From the human T2T-CHM13v2.0 reference genome, Homo sapiens, in the NCBI RefSeq assembly GCF_009914755.1, contig NC_060931.1: a stretch of 64,000 nucleotides of DNA, one strand, 5' to 3'. Below, piece after piece: positions 12,885 through 27,789 of the stretch. The notes beneath the pieces were generated by a model. That model was given only the letters and a program-made list of their open reading frames with translations, ran no database searches and was not told where the DNA came from. Both the position numbers and the translations under genes were made by a program. Within the stretch, counting starts at the first letter, position 1; each line of letters begins with the position of its first letter.

Positions 12885-14746
12885 GTAAGACAACCTTCCA
12901 TAAGTTGTCTTCCTCTTTTTGATTATTCTACTCATGTAAACCCATATGGATGCTTCAATACAAAAGCAATTTGTCCTAGTTACAAGATACAACCAGAAAT
13001 CTGCTCTTCCAGCCAAGAAGCCTCATTCTTTTGTGCAGTTAATTCCACAGAGTGTTTGTATCAAAATCCTCACTTATGCCCATCAATTCCCATGTAATAT
13101 TTATTGAACTAGGCAAGAATGGCTAAAATGTCTGGTGAATTAGTAGCCTAGAAAAGCCTTGTTAAATCTGCTGCAAAGGTGCTTCCTGAAAAGAAGCCAA
13201 GAAGTTTTCAAAGGCAACAAATATGTCTAATCAAGAGCTCCAATTACCTTTTTCTACATAATTCCAGTCTATTCAAACATATTAGGCTTACACTCACACA
13301 GGCTATATCTCAAAGTGCCATGGTGACTTGAACATTACTCATAATGACTGAAGAGACCTAATTCTCAAAGTCTGCACCCTGGCCCTAAGATTAGAGGAAA
13401 GCCATTTCTCCAAGATTCAGAAAGCCTTCCTCTATTCCTTGCCTCAGGGTAAATAAAGGAATAAGCCTCATTTTCTAACGTAAGCATAATGGAATTGGCT
13501 GTCTAACAGATTGTCACCGTACTTACAGCATTATCTTTTGGCTACAAAATGAAGTACAAAATAAAGAATGTTTTGGGGGGCATTTTTTTTTTTCGTCTAC
13601 ACACAGCTGGGCCTTGAAAATCACTAAAATTCTATAGGATTATGGCTTAAACACACAGCAATGAACCACTACTCTCTTTAGACTTGCTTCAGGATGAATC
13701 AGCCTTCTTGATAAACTTTAGTGTGTTTTCTTAGTGGGAAAAAGCATAAGCCTGAAGCTTATCGATATGAATGTTTCTTAGGCCAGAAAAATCTGTAAAA
13801 TTACCAAAATTTATTATGCTTTTCATGTGTGCCCCAATCTTTAATCAAAAGTCCTATTGCCCAAATCCCCTTCTACAGAAGAAAAGTCTAATGCAACAAT
13901 TTATATTATGCTATGAGTTACTAATAACATCCTAATAGTATCCTTTTGAGCAATATTTACTCCTTCAAAAACAAGGTCAGATGTTATCAAGTTTTAAGGA
14001 AGTGAATAAGAATGAGGCATATTTATTGGGAAGAATTTTTTTTAGTAGGTGAGATTTCTTGGCCCCCTTTAAAACATGCTGTCAAGAAAACTGCTCGCTG
14101 TGCACCTCTTTAATATCAGCCTTGCCTTGGTTAAATTCAATCCCACTTCAGGTAAATTCCCAATTTTTATAGCTTCAAATGAATTTTGCAAGAAAACCGG
14201 GTACTTAGCTTTTGCTGTGGAACTTCAGAAAATCAGTTTAGAATGACTGACCTCTGTAGAATTTTATCTACTACCAATTTTATCTCCGTGGAATATTATC
14301 TACCAAGGACCAACTTTGATAAGCATGTTTTCTTCCTTATCACTAATTAATTTGGAAAATTAAATGAGGTCCTGGCATAAAAGGGATGCTAACATTTCTT
14401 TAACATCTTCCCTGTACTGCATATATTAGATGTATTATCTAGTTTAATTATTGTAATAACTTTACTAAAAACATACTATTATTTTCATTTATACAAGATG
14501 AAACCAAGATTGTAGGTATATACGAAATAACTTTTGCAGTCACAGAATAAGGAATGAGCTCAGTTTTAAGCTCAGATATGTCTTCCCCAAAGGCTGAGCT
14601 TTTCAATTGCACGTGTCTTCTAAAGAAGAAATCTGACCATGAACACAAATAGTTAAAAGAAAAAAAGGACAAATATAAAGTGGAAAACATCATAACCACA
14701 TAGGACCACAAAATCTGCTGCAATGCATACCTGAAAGTACATTGTA

Positions 14747-14812
14747 CTCTATAAGTAACACAGTAAAGATAAATCATGCTCTATAAGTAACACAGTGAAG
14801 ATAAATCATGCT
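14747..14812 (+). repeat. 32-bp tandem duplication
   Basis: ctctataagtaacacagt(a/g)aagataaatcatg twice, 1 mismatch. Confidence 0.92.
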
Positions 14813-16035
14813 TATTTGAGGCACCATAACAATAGATACCACATAAATGAAAAATAGAAGTGAGTGCAAAAACACACTCCGGCTCATGAATTCATCATGT
14901 CCATGATAACAGTTCTCTCAAATGCCAAATAAAGGATTCCCGGTGTGTAAATGCAACATTTATGCCAAAACAGCAGGAGACCATCAGTGCCAGAACAGTA
15001 GCAGCAGAGGCATTTGCAGCAACTGTATCCTTCCTGGCTGGAAATGCAACTGAGCTAGCTGGAAGGAAATAAGCCTCAGTGATGGAAGGAAGCTAGGCTA
15101 GGAACAGAAGCCAAGGAACAAGCTACCAGAAGAGTAAGAATCCCACACAATCTGGGCAGGATTGATACAAAGGGCCAGGATGGACAATAAATCACGGTTT
15201 TCTGATTTATTTATATTGATTTACAGGAAAAGATATGAGATATTATGTGAAAATTATCTATTAGTACTTATTTTTCAAATTAGGGCTTATAAGCCAGTAG
15301 GGAGTTTTAATACACCAGATGGTACAAAAATCAGGTAAAAGATGACTGTTACATAGAAAAATACTAATTAAAATGAAAAAAATAATTTTATTCTCTTTTT
15401 GTGGTTTGTCTATTTAAAAATTTTAGTTGTTTGTATCCCTCACCTGAAAAAGTGCTTTGCATTTTTTTGCATATTTCTTAATAAAATTTGGGTATAGAAA
15501 ACATGTAAAATCTAGTACTTAATAAAATTGATAGTTATACTTTAGCAACACAGATAAAATATATCTTAGTACTTCAACTTTTCCTCATGTGATGTGAGCC
15601 CTATCAATAGCTGAGTAATCAATTATATATTATCATATGACAAACCGTTTTTTGAATACCACTTAATTCCTTTCCACATACATTACTCATTTAACTGAAT
15701 TAAAGACGGAGAACACTCAGAGAAATAATCTAGAATGTTTAATTTACCTAAACATTCCTAGACCCAAGTAAGATCTTAGTCCTGAAGACTTAAAGATGAA
15801 ATTGTGAGAAACTTATGACTATATAAAGGCAGAAAGGCCTGGGAGAGAGGGGATTGGGGAAGCATATGACTGAAACTCACAGTATCTTCTGCTATTTTTA
15901 ATATCCTCCCCTTTTAAACTCTTTATTTTACAGAATATTCAATGATAAACTGTTTTATCCAGTTGGCAAACATATAATGCCAATAAAAGAGAAATATGGA
16001 AGACATTTACTAGGTACTCAAAAGTGGCTAAACGT

Positions 16036-16359
<324 letters not shown>

Positions 16360-18399
16360 TTAGTTTCTTGGTAGCCCCTGTTGCCGTAAATCTATCAATT
16401 TACATTTATCAGTAGTAAGAGCAGTTCAAATGGACAATAGGGGATTCCCAGAGAATGAGCAAGAGTACATATCTGCTAGCCTTTTCAACCTATTCGGCCA
16501 AAATATGGGATTTTTATGAAAGAAATATATACTAAGACTGCCAAGCTTGAAGTGTAATATTGTTTCTGATCCTTGCCTTGGAAGATACTCAGGAATAGTC
16601 TGGTTTATGAAATAATATTTGTGTTAGGTAACTTTTAGGAAAACAGTTAATACGTGATCAAAGTATTTAGTGTTAAAGGACAATATAAAACTTTCAAAAT
16701 ACAAAAAATAATTCAAAATTTGTGTTTCTATTTTTTCTTAAGAAAAATTATACTAGGAAAAAATAAAATTTTACAAAAGGGTAAAAGTCTCAAGACCTTT
16801 GATATTCACTTCTATTTTGTACTTTATTCAGGAATATTTAAAATATATGACAGAAATACAGATTTCTTAAATGGAATGATCTGAGATTATAGTATCAATT
16901 AAAATGTCAATTATATTGGAATAAATAATCTTTTGAAAAGAGTAGAAATAAAAAACAAATGACAGTAATAAAATCTAGTGTCTGGAAGTGGAAGCATTTA
17001 TAGTACCAAGAGATTTCACCAAACTATTTTGTGATAAACAACATTGTTCCCATTTAAAAATGAAGACTCTACAAGAAAAATGTTTCAGGATTTTATTGAT
17101 AAAGTTTGCTAAGTTTGAGAGTGCTAAGAAAAGCTAGTAAGGATTATTTTAAATTTGACAAATGGCATCAAGACTAAAGTTACTATTCAAACACAGAAAT
17201 ATCCAATGTCAAGCTCTACCTCAAACTCTGAATAATTATTTTTCTATTCATTCATGTACATTACACAACTTTAACTTGCTGCTGACAGATCCTTTATTAT
17301 TGAATGTATAAAATATAACATTAGCCATCTGTTAAGATCATTTTTCTACCTTTTAATGAAAATATTTTATTAGCTAGTAGAATTTCTCCATTTCCCTGAA
17401 ATAAAGGACATAAGAAACTTCCATTGTTCAAGCTGACTAGGCTGCCAGATAGAAACCTCATCAGTCACTGAATTGCCCTTGAGTGACACAGTTTTATGAT
17501 ATTTCTAAAGAGTCCGCTTGCACCTGAAAATGTTCTTCCATTTAAGAAATGCAGTCTTGAAGTAGACGCATTTTCTCTCTTCTATTCTCAATATATAAAA
17601 AAAAAGGGTATTTTTCTTTACGGCCTTTGTTTTCCACAAGCACATTCAATAAACTGTTCTGTGAAGAGAAAGAGCAAAGGGCTCAATTCAATAAAAAATT
17701 GCAGTGATTATGCTATGCAATTGTGCTCCTGCTACTTTATCACAATTTGCCATTCAAGTGGACACTGATGTGCTTCCAGCTCTAGAGGGGCAAAAAGCCC
17801 CATCAACTAGTGCAAGGTCATTTTCGACGAGAAAGACACCAGTCCAATTTGATAGCAAGTCTCATGTCAGATTGCCAGCAGTCTTTGTATCATAAACCAA
17901 AGTCATACTTCATGCAACACAAAGCAACCAAAACAATCATTACCAAATAATATTTATTTACCTAGATAATTTCAGGATCTGAGATAATCCCTTGCTCTTA
18001 CATAAGAAGCTACAGTTCTTTTAAGCCTAAAAGGTATATCTAATTGGTTACTGCTCTTCTTTATCACTGCTCCACCTCAAGGCCATTCTAAGAGGTGGGA
18101 AAAGCTAGGAAGGATCTCAGGCTTGGAAAAATACTTCAGTAAGCTTGTTGTGTACATAGACTTGAAAGAAACAAAAGTAAAAATGATAGTCTCTATCCTT
18201 CAGGATGATGTAGGTCTACTTACACTTTGGCTGTTTTGCTGAAAACTATGTACCCACAGAACTTATTCAATATTAATCAACATATGTAGTAATGATTTCT
18301 ACAAATATTTTTTGTATGTGTTACAAGTTACAGCATATGTCTAGCTCTGTGGGTCACTATGCTTAAGAAGTGTAAATAAAAACTTGAAGGTGGAAAAGT

Positions 18400-19040
18400 A
18401 GAGTATATATGACAAAGAGAATGGGTTACAGTATGCCTGAAGGTGACTTTAAGAGGACAGTAATATGGGAGCCAGTATGAAGGCTTTTATTTCTTAGTAA
18501 GTGAAATATAATGATGGACTAAACAGCAATGATGGCACGGAAAGAAAAGTGAGTACTAAAAACAAAAAGATATTGAAGATACAGAATTAGTAAGTCTTTG
18601 GAGTACAAGCAAAAGTTTAATACCAAAGAAATTCTGATATTTTGACCCTGTGAATAGAGAAAAATAGGGTCACCATAAAACACATGGGAAATGGTAGAAA
18701 ATGAAAATCATTAAAGTAGAGCAAAAATAAGAGAATTAGAGTTTGGGTATCTTAAAGTTGAGAAATAGCAAAATAAATAAGTTAATGGAGATATTTGACA
18801 AGACTCTGAAGGGGTAGAATTGAAGCTCACAGTATATATTATGGCTGGATTACAGAACTGGGAATTCTGAGAAAGAGGTAGCTATTGAAACTATGAAAAT
18901 TGATAGATTCCATACATGAGCAATAATATGTTGAGAAATAAAAATTATATAACTTTGAAGAATAACATATCCAAAAGCCTGGAAGAAGATTAGAAGAGAA
19001 GAGAGAAAAGACAAGAGAGAAAATAAAATAAGAATGCTAT
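18400..19040 (-). mobile_element. L2 relic
   Basis: purine-rich antisense L2 motifs (gagtttgggtatcttaaagttgag, ggctggattacagaactgggaat). Confidence 0.55.
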
Positions 19041-20499
19041 TTACTTTAGTAGCTCCACTACTAAATATGATACCTCAGAAATTACTAACAAAATCTTAGT
19101 TTGAGGACTTCCAAGAAATATGATGAAGTAATTAGCTATGCTCTCCATTGCTACACATCACCACACCATCATGAAAATGTTCAATGAAATATAAAAAGAA
19201 ATGCAAGAAAATATATGAAAAGGCATCTCACACATACATTTTTGAATCGTTTTATATTGTTCAAAATATATAGAAAAATAAAACGTGGAAGAATATAATT
19301 TATTTGCCTGAAATAGGTTGAACCAGATATGCAAATAATTCTGGTAGAACTCTAGAAAATTTCACTTTGCATGTATTAACTGATATTTTATACCTGGCAA
19401 AAATGCACAGATTGGGGCTGGTGAGTGAAGGATAAAAAATATGATTTTAGTTTAAAAGATATATACATAAGAAAACTTTATTTCAATCCAGAACATGATT
19501 GAGAGCTGTGCAAATTAATTTGGTCCTTTCTGTATAGCTGAGATTTGACCTTCACAAAAGTAGGGGATGCTGACAATTATTAATAATTAACCGTCTTTTC
19601 TGAGAATCAGAGTCTGCACAGTTCTTACCTCATGGATGATGATAAAGGAACAACAAAAAAAGGAAATTATGTGAAAAAACTACAACACTTGCAGAATAAA
19701 GGAAACAAAAACCAAATCTGGAAGATTCACAGTATATACATATTTGAATTGGAAATTTTAGAAATAACTAAAACAAATGTTGGGGATACAAGAAGAACAG
19801 TAAGCTGAGAAATTGGTAAATGTGTGCATAAATAGTCAATTTTTGTTACATGGAACAGTGGCAATAAAATACTGGGAAAGAACGCTTGTGTCAAGAGAGG
19901 GAAAATAATTGTTATCACACTCTATAATATTTGCCTTCTTTGGAAAAACAGTAAATATATAGATTTAATTTAGGTTCGGGTTAAAATACATTTTTCTATA
20001 ATAATCTTTAAGAGGAAAAAAATAAGATGTAATTTCAAAGTTTGTAAAGGAAAAAATTAAATGGAAAAAATATATTCAATTTATAATTTAAAAAAAGACT
20101 GGGTAAAAAGCAAACAGAAAATCTCCAAGTTAGGTTGGGAAAAAATAATACAATCTTATAATTCTTGTGGGGACATTAATTGTTAATAACTTTCTTATTT
20201 ATACAGTCAAGTAGTGAGATTGGGAGAGTTCTGATTTTTTTGTTATATTTGGGTAATATTTCTATTGAAGACATTTAAGATTTTTTCTACAGTTAACATA
20301 TATTTGCTAAAGGAATCATAAAAGTATACAGCAATTTATAGCAATCAATAGATAGAAAACTGGTGGAAAATTTTGGGTGAGCAAATCAACTGTAAGTATT
20401 AACATCTTAGAAAGGGTGTTCCCTTTGTCCTTTACAACAATATATAATAAGGATTTTATCATGAAATGTAAAAAATATATATTTTTTAAATGTTCTCTT

Positions 20500-20720
20500 C
20501 TGACTTATTTATTATAGCAAATATCTATAAACAAACAATCAAATATAGAGATCTCATTATATAAACTATAGTTCATCTTCATGATTAAATAGCATGCATG
20601 CATAAAAAATAATATATCACAGGAGGTTATAAGTTGCATGGGAAAGCGTTTAATATATGTTAACTGAAAAAAATTTTCAATAGCATATGTACTACATGAT
20701 CACATTATTAAAGATATGTG
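20500..20720 (+). mobile_element. L1ME 3'-end fragment, continues at about 25540-25655
   Basis: aaactatagttcatc...catgggaaagcgtttaatatatgttaactgaaaaaa; resumes ttttctaaatcttttataatgatcatgtattattttcataat after the L1MA insertion. Confidence 0.5.
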
Positions 20721-20724
20721 TACT

Positions 20725-23700
20725 ACAGAGTGACATCAGCAAGGGAGTAGGAGATACAAACCTTCTTCTCCCCGCACCCCCGACAATAAAAATATTTATC
20801 CATGAATGATAATAGTCTTGGAAGGGCTCAAGGATCCCTTTAAGAACTTGCGGCAACACAGTAAGGAGAAAAAAAAAAAAAAAGGAGAATATTCACACAG
20901 AAAGGACTGCTGGGGAGACCAGCATACTTGAGATGTGGAAATGGTTAGGAAGGAGGAAGTGCAAGAGATATCAGTGGTGAATACAGCTGACATGCACAGT
21001 AGCCTTCTCAGCAAAGGACACTAGCATCTTTCAGTACTGAGACAACAAACCACACCATTGACCCTAGGAGAGGGAGATGCTACTGCCCTCTCCACCAGAT
21101 GGAGTTAATGTTATGCTGCCCCAGGGACCAGATCACTCAACCCTCTCGACCCTGTGCAAACCCTTGACCCTAGAGCATCAGCCACGTTGTATGTACCCAC
21201 CTCACCACAAGCACACCTGGAAGCTGGGCCAGCAGCAAAGAGGGATGCCCTTGGCCATGGCTTCACTGGTTGGAGAAAAATAGATTAAGAGGACGGAGCA
21301 GCATTTGTCACTGAACAACCCCACAGCCCTTGCCACCACTAAGGATATCCACAGCCTTGGCCTCCTCGGAGGATCTCTGCAATCTTTGCCAACACCAACC
21401 TTAGCTGACAGAGCTAAACAGAGACTACATTGTTGCAACCTCACCTCAAGCCAGAACTACCACTTTCCACCCAGTTGGAGCCCTCTCATCTGACGTTAGG
21501 GGAATGTCTTTTCCCACTGAAAACAAATCTTAAAGTACAGAAGAGATTATTACTCCATCACATTTGCAGACATCAATGCAAGGCAACAAAAAATCATGAA
21601 AAACCAAAGAAACATAACACCACCAAAATAACAGTAACTTTCCAGTAACTGACACACACACAAAAATGGAGATCTATACATTTTCTGAGAAGTAATTCAA
21701 AATAATTATTTAAAGAAACCTCAGCAAATCATAAGGACACACAGAGAGACAACTCAACGAAATCGAGAAAATAATACATGAACAAAATTTAACTGAGAAA
21801 CTGAAATCATACAAAGGAACCACACAGAAATTCTGTAGATGAAGAATATAATGAATACAATGAAAAATGCAAATAGGAATTGTCAGTAGCAGAATTGATC
21901 AAGCAGAGGAAAGAACCTATAAACTTGAAGACAGGTAATTGGAAAATATTTAATCAGAGGGGAAAAAAAGGAAAAGAGACTAAAAAGGAATTAAGAAATC
22001 TTACAAAATTTATGGGACAACATCAAGACAGCTAACATTTGTATTATAGGATTCAAGAAGAAAAAGAGTACAAGAAGAGGACAGAAAGTTTATTTAAGGA
22101 AATAATTGTTTAAAGCTTTCCAAATCTATAAAATGATATAAAGATCTAGGTATAAGAAGTTCACAGGTATCCAATCGGATTCAACCTAAAAAGTCTAACT
22201 TTATCAAGACATAAAATCAAACTGTTAAAAACCAAATATGAAGAGAGAATCTTGAGAGCAGCAAGAGAAAAAGTATTCTCACACACAAGGGGACGTGACA
22301 AGGCTACCTGTGGAGTTCTTAGCAAAAATTTTGCAGGCCAGAGAGAGAGTTGATGATATAGCCAAAGTTCTGTAAGAAAACCAAAAAACAAACAAAAAAC
22401 TGCCCCATAAGCATAGTTTACTAGGCATAATTGCCATTCAAAAAGGAAGAAAAGACTTTACTAGACAGAAAAGCCAAGTGAGTTTATCACCACTAGACCT
22501 GCCTTATAAGAAATGCCAAAGGAAATTCTTCAAGTTGAAACAAAAGGATGCTAATTAGTAACATAAAAACATATGAAAATATAATACTCACTGAGAAATG
22601 GAAGTACATAGTCAAATTAAGACTACCATAATACTGTAATGGTGGTGTATAAATTAGTAACATTTCAAGTATAAAGGTTAAAAATTATTAAAAATAACTA
22701 TATAATAATTTAAGACACAATAAAAAAGATATGAGTTGTGACATCAGAAACATCAAATATGGTGGTGGAAGTAAAAGTGTAGTGTTTTTTATACAATCCA
22801 AGTTAAGTTGTTATCAGCTTAAAATAGCCTATTATAACTATAAGATGTTTAATGTAAGCCTTATAATAATCACAAAGCAAAACCTTATAGCAGATACAAA
22901 AAAGATGAAGAAAATACCATTATAGAAACTCATTAAACCACAGAGAAAGATAACAGAGAAAAAGAAAAGTTCTACAAAACAACCAAGAAAAATTAACAAA
23001 ATGGCAGGAATAAATCCTTACTTAGCAATAATTATACTGAATGTAAATGAATTAAAATCTCCAATCAAAAACAGAGTGGCCGAATGAATTAAAAAAAACA
23101 AAAAACAAGACTCAAATATATGCTGTCTACAAAAGTCTCAGTTCATCTGTAAGGACACACATGGACTAAGAGTGAGGGTATGGCAAAAGACATTCCATAC
23201 AAATGGAAATCAAGTGAGAGTAGAGAGAGCTATATTTCTATTAGCTGTCACTAATAGAGGTAATAGAAATAGTGAAAAAACTAAAAAAAAAAAAGAAGGT
23301 TATTACACACTGACAAAGGGGTCAATTAATTTAGAAGAAATAATAATTATAAATAGACATGTATGCAACATTGGAGCACCTAAATATATAAAGCAAATAT
23401 TAATAAATCTGAAGGGAGAGATAGATAGTAATACCACAGTAGTAGGAGACTTCAAAATCCTACTTTGAATAACACACAGGTAATACAAACAGAAAGTCAA
23501 TGAGGAAACAGCAGACTTGAGCTATACTTTAGATCAAATGGACCTAACAGATCAGACATACAATGCCTTGCATCCAACAGCAGCATAATAAAGATTCTTC
23601 TCAGGTGCATACAAAACATTTTCCAGGATAGATCATATGTTAAGCCACAAAATGAATCTTAACACATTAAGAAGACAGAAATCATATCATGTAACTTTTC

Positions 23701-25540
23701 TGGACACTATGGTATAAAACTAGAAATAAATAACAGAAGGCATTTTGGACAATTCACAAGTACGTAGAAACTAAACAACATGATCCTGAACAACCAATGG
23801 GTCAAGAAGAAATCAAAAAGGAAGTTTTAAAAACTATGTAGAGATAAATGAACATGAAAATGCAACAACCCAAAACTTACAGGGTACAGCAAAGGCAGTT
23901 CTAAGAGGGTAGTTTATAGCAATAAATGACTACGTTCAAAAAGAAGAAAGCTCTCAAATAAAAAAAATTTACACCCAAGGAACTAGAAGAAAACCAAACT
24001 AAGCCCACAGTTAGCAAGGAAAGAAAATAACAGAGATGAGAGGAAAAATAAATAAAATACAGACTGGAAAAATAATAGAACAGATCAATGAAACTAAAAG
24101 TTGCTTTTTGAACACATAAACAAAACTGATCAACCTGTAACTAGACTAAGAGAAAGAAAACAAGACTCAAATAAACAAAATCAGAAATGAAAGAGGAGAC
24201 CTATAAATGATCCTGTCTACTATGTACAGAAATACAAAGGATTATCAGAGATTACCATGAACAATTATATACCAATAAATTGGATAGCCTAGAAGAATGG
24301 ATAAATTCCTAGAACATGTAACCTACCAAGACTGAATTATGCAGAAATAGAAAGTATGAGCAGACCAATAATGAGTAAGGGGATTGAATAAGTAACAAAA
24401 TACATCTTATCAAATTAAAGCCCAGTAGCATACTGGCTTTCACTTCACAGGTGAATTCTACCAAATATTTAAAGAAGAATGAATACAACTTGTGCTCAAA
24501 CTTTAACAAAACAGTTAAAGATCAGAGACTACTTCCAAATTCATTTTATGAGTCCAGCATTAAACTGATACTAACACCAGATAAGGACACTACAAGGAAA
24601 GAAAATTGCAGGGCAATATTCCTGATGAACATAAATGTAAAATTCTCAACAAAATACTACCAAACCGAATTTAATAGCATATTTAAAGGAATAATCATCA
24701 TGATCAAGTGGGATCTATTTATGGGATGCAAGAATGTTTCAACATATGCATATTAAAAATGAGATACATCACATTAACAGAATGAAGGACAAAAACTGTA
24801 TCATTTCAACTGATGCAGAAAAAGCATTTGATGAAAGGCAACATTCTTTCATCATAAAAACTGTCAACATTTTAGATACAAAAGGAATGTCCCTCAACAT
24901 AATAAAAGCCATATATGTACCACAGTTAACATTGTACTCAATAGTTAAAGGTTGAAAGTTTTTCTTCTAAGATCAGGAACAAGGCAAGGATGCACACACT
25001 TACCACTCCTATTCAACATAGTATTAGAAGTCTTAGCCAGAGCAATTAAGCAAGAGAAAGAAATAAAAGGCATCCAAATAGGAAAGGAAGAAGTTAAATT
25101 GTGTCTAACTGCAGATGACATAATCTTGTATATAGAAATCATTTAAGATTTCACCAAAAAAAAAACTGTTAGAATAACAGTAAAGGTGCAGATTATGAAA
25201 TCAACCTATAAAAATCACTTGCTAAGGAAGGAGAACAAGGAATGAGGAGATACTGGTCAAAGGGTACAAACTTCCAGACAGAAAGAGTAGGTTCCGGAGA
25301 TCCATTGTACAACATGGTGACTATAATCAATAATAATATATCATATACTTCAAAATTGCTAAGAGCATAGATCCCAAATGTTTTCATTTAACAAAGAGAA
25401 GTACGTGAGGTGATGGATATGTTAATCATCTTGATTTAATTATTAAACAATGTATACATATAGGAAAACTTCACATTTTTCACCATAAATATATACAATT
25501 TTTATTTGTCAATTAAACCTTCAGGAAGCTAGGAAAAAGT
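20725..25540 (+). mobile_element. near-full-length L1MA (L1MA8-10-like) with an internal deletion of the ORF2 3' half
   Basis: 5'UTR gagtgacatcagcaag; ORF1 remnants about 21600-22560; ORF2 start about 23001, EN motif IGAPKYIKQILINLKGEIDSNTTVVGDF and RT motif GTRQGC...[14 protein letters not shown]; jump to the 3'UTR at about 25222. Confidence 0.92.
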
Positions 25541-27129
25541 ATGTAAATGCTATTTGGGAAAAATGTGACTCTTTTTGTGTTCTCCTTGATGGAGGCTCTA
25601 TTTTCTAAATCTTTTATAATGATCATGTATTATTTTCATAATGAGATAAAAATGAATCCCTAATTTGACTATACAATACTGTAGCATTGTTTAAACAGTG
25701 TTAATGTTAATAAATATCATTCTTTACATATAATTGGAAATTCATGGTTTAAAATACGTGGTACTCATTCTAGTAAAATAACCAGAAATATGCTGTGTGC
25801 CATCCACACAAATCAACCATCGAAGAGATTATTTCAGAAAATAACATTTAGCTAATTAACAAAAGTGACTGTGTTAGAAATAAGTAGGCATTTATATGAC
25901 AACACACTATTCTGAAAGATTTCTTTAGTGCTTTTTCATTTTTATTGTGTGTGTGAAGTTTTAGATAAAATTCTCAGATGTCTTTTTTTTTAGCCCTTGT
26001 TGAACATTCTGAAAAATTATGAGGAATATATATATAATCCACTTTGAACATCAATTTATTTTTCATTTGTACCTCATTAATGGCAACCAAAAAACCCCAT
26101 CATGACCATTTTAGGAAATAAAAGAATATATTCAGTTTCAAAAATATTTTTGGATTTAATTCTTAAAATTTTAACATTTAAAATATCTAGGATTTTAAAA
26201 TAATTTCACTTTTGTAATGAAATTTGTAGGAACCAATTAGAAAATAACAAATTGTGAAAATTTACCTGTCAAAATTTTGCTTGCCACTTGGTCATGCATG
26301 TTCTGTATGTATCAATTACACTAACTGACATACTAATGAGTACTTGTGGAAGTAAAAATATTCAGGGTTTTTTCATCTTTAAGGTGGATACTTTAATAAG
26401 TATCTTGCAGAGCACGAAACAATACTATCTTTTCACTTTATCCAATTTATATATGACTATAGGGTGGATGACATTGTTTCAGAGATTTCTTCCTGTTAGC
26501 TTAATTACTCAGACCCTGTTCATAGAAACTTCTATATGTCCAAAAAAGGAAAATATAAAAGAAAATAAAATCTCACATTGGTGCTTAGCAGGAGAATTTT
26601 TAAAGACTTACAAATCAACAAGCTGTTCAAATAAATAATGAATGCTGCAGCTGGCTCTTACATGGGCCTGAGTGTCCAATAGTAGCAGATGTCCCAGTTC
26701 TATAAATGTGCTAGCAGAGGAAGGTCCTAAATTGAGATTGAAACAAATTGGGATGCAGGCTTACAAGTGGGCATTTGATTATAGAATTAATTGAATGCAT
26801 TTTTTTCTAAAAATTTATATAGGTATGAGAGTAAAATGCCTTTTAGATAAAAGATTAAAATCTCCTTTAGCTTCCAAAAGAATTAGTTGATATCTATGTG
26901 AAATTTTGTTTTAGATAAGCTCTTTCTCTGCTGTACTTGAAATAGAAAGTGATTGTTTCAATTTAGAAATGTATTTAGAATTTAGAGGGATAGCATTTCA
27001 GAAAATTGACATGGATCTATCTGCAGCAAGAGTTATTTAGTAGTTATTTGATGAAGACCTGGTTTGAGCTCAGAACTGCTGGTAAAGTCAATGCCAAGAT
27101 GGACACACTCAAACTGAATATTTTATGAA

Positions 27130-27560
27130 AACATTAAAGTGTGAAATGAACCTTGTCTTCAAGAATGTCTACCTAATGAGGAAAGGAAATTTGAACCAAT
27201 AATAATATTTTAACTCCAACAAATGAAGGTCATATTTCAAGACAAAAAAAAAAAAGAGTATGCGTGAGCATAGATGAATAATACCATGGAGGTCAGGGAA
27301 GTTCTTGAAGTTTTGACAGCCACTCATTAAGCAAGCAACATCATGGTGAGGAAAAGTATTCTAGACAAAAGAAATAACATGTACAAATTTTAGAGTAGAA
27401 AGTAGAAGCAGTATCTGGGAAAGAAGGCAGGAAAGATCATAAATGATCTTGTACTCAATGCTTCGGAGTTTAGATTTTATCCGGTAAGAAATAAAACCCA
27501 GTTAAATTTTTTTTTTTTAGAGCTGGAGAAAAATGTATTGGAATTTTTGCATTAGGAGGT
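27130..27560 (-). mobile_element. L2 relic
   Basis: ccttgtcttcaagaatgtctac...ggagtttagattttatccggtaag. Confidence 0.5.
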
Positions 27561-27789
27561 AAATCTCCATTTCACAGGACCATTTCAGTGGATCATGAGT
27601 TCTGATCCTGCCCATCTGGGTGTCTCTTAAACTCAGCCACTCGTCTTCATCTAGCAAAATTAATCATAGTCCTTTTTTGATGCCTTTCAGATCACTTCAG
27701 TTTTATTTTCTGTAATTCCTAGAACAGTATGTTCCACGTGGTAGAGGCTCAATAAATGTCTGGTGAATTCAATTGACTGTCTTGTCTCA

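Noticed and set aside
17770-17800. CTCF-like motif gctctagaggggca
   Set aside because: Imperfect match to the core consensus.
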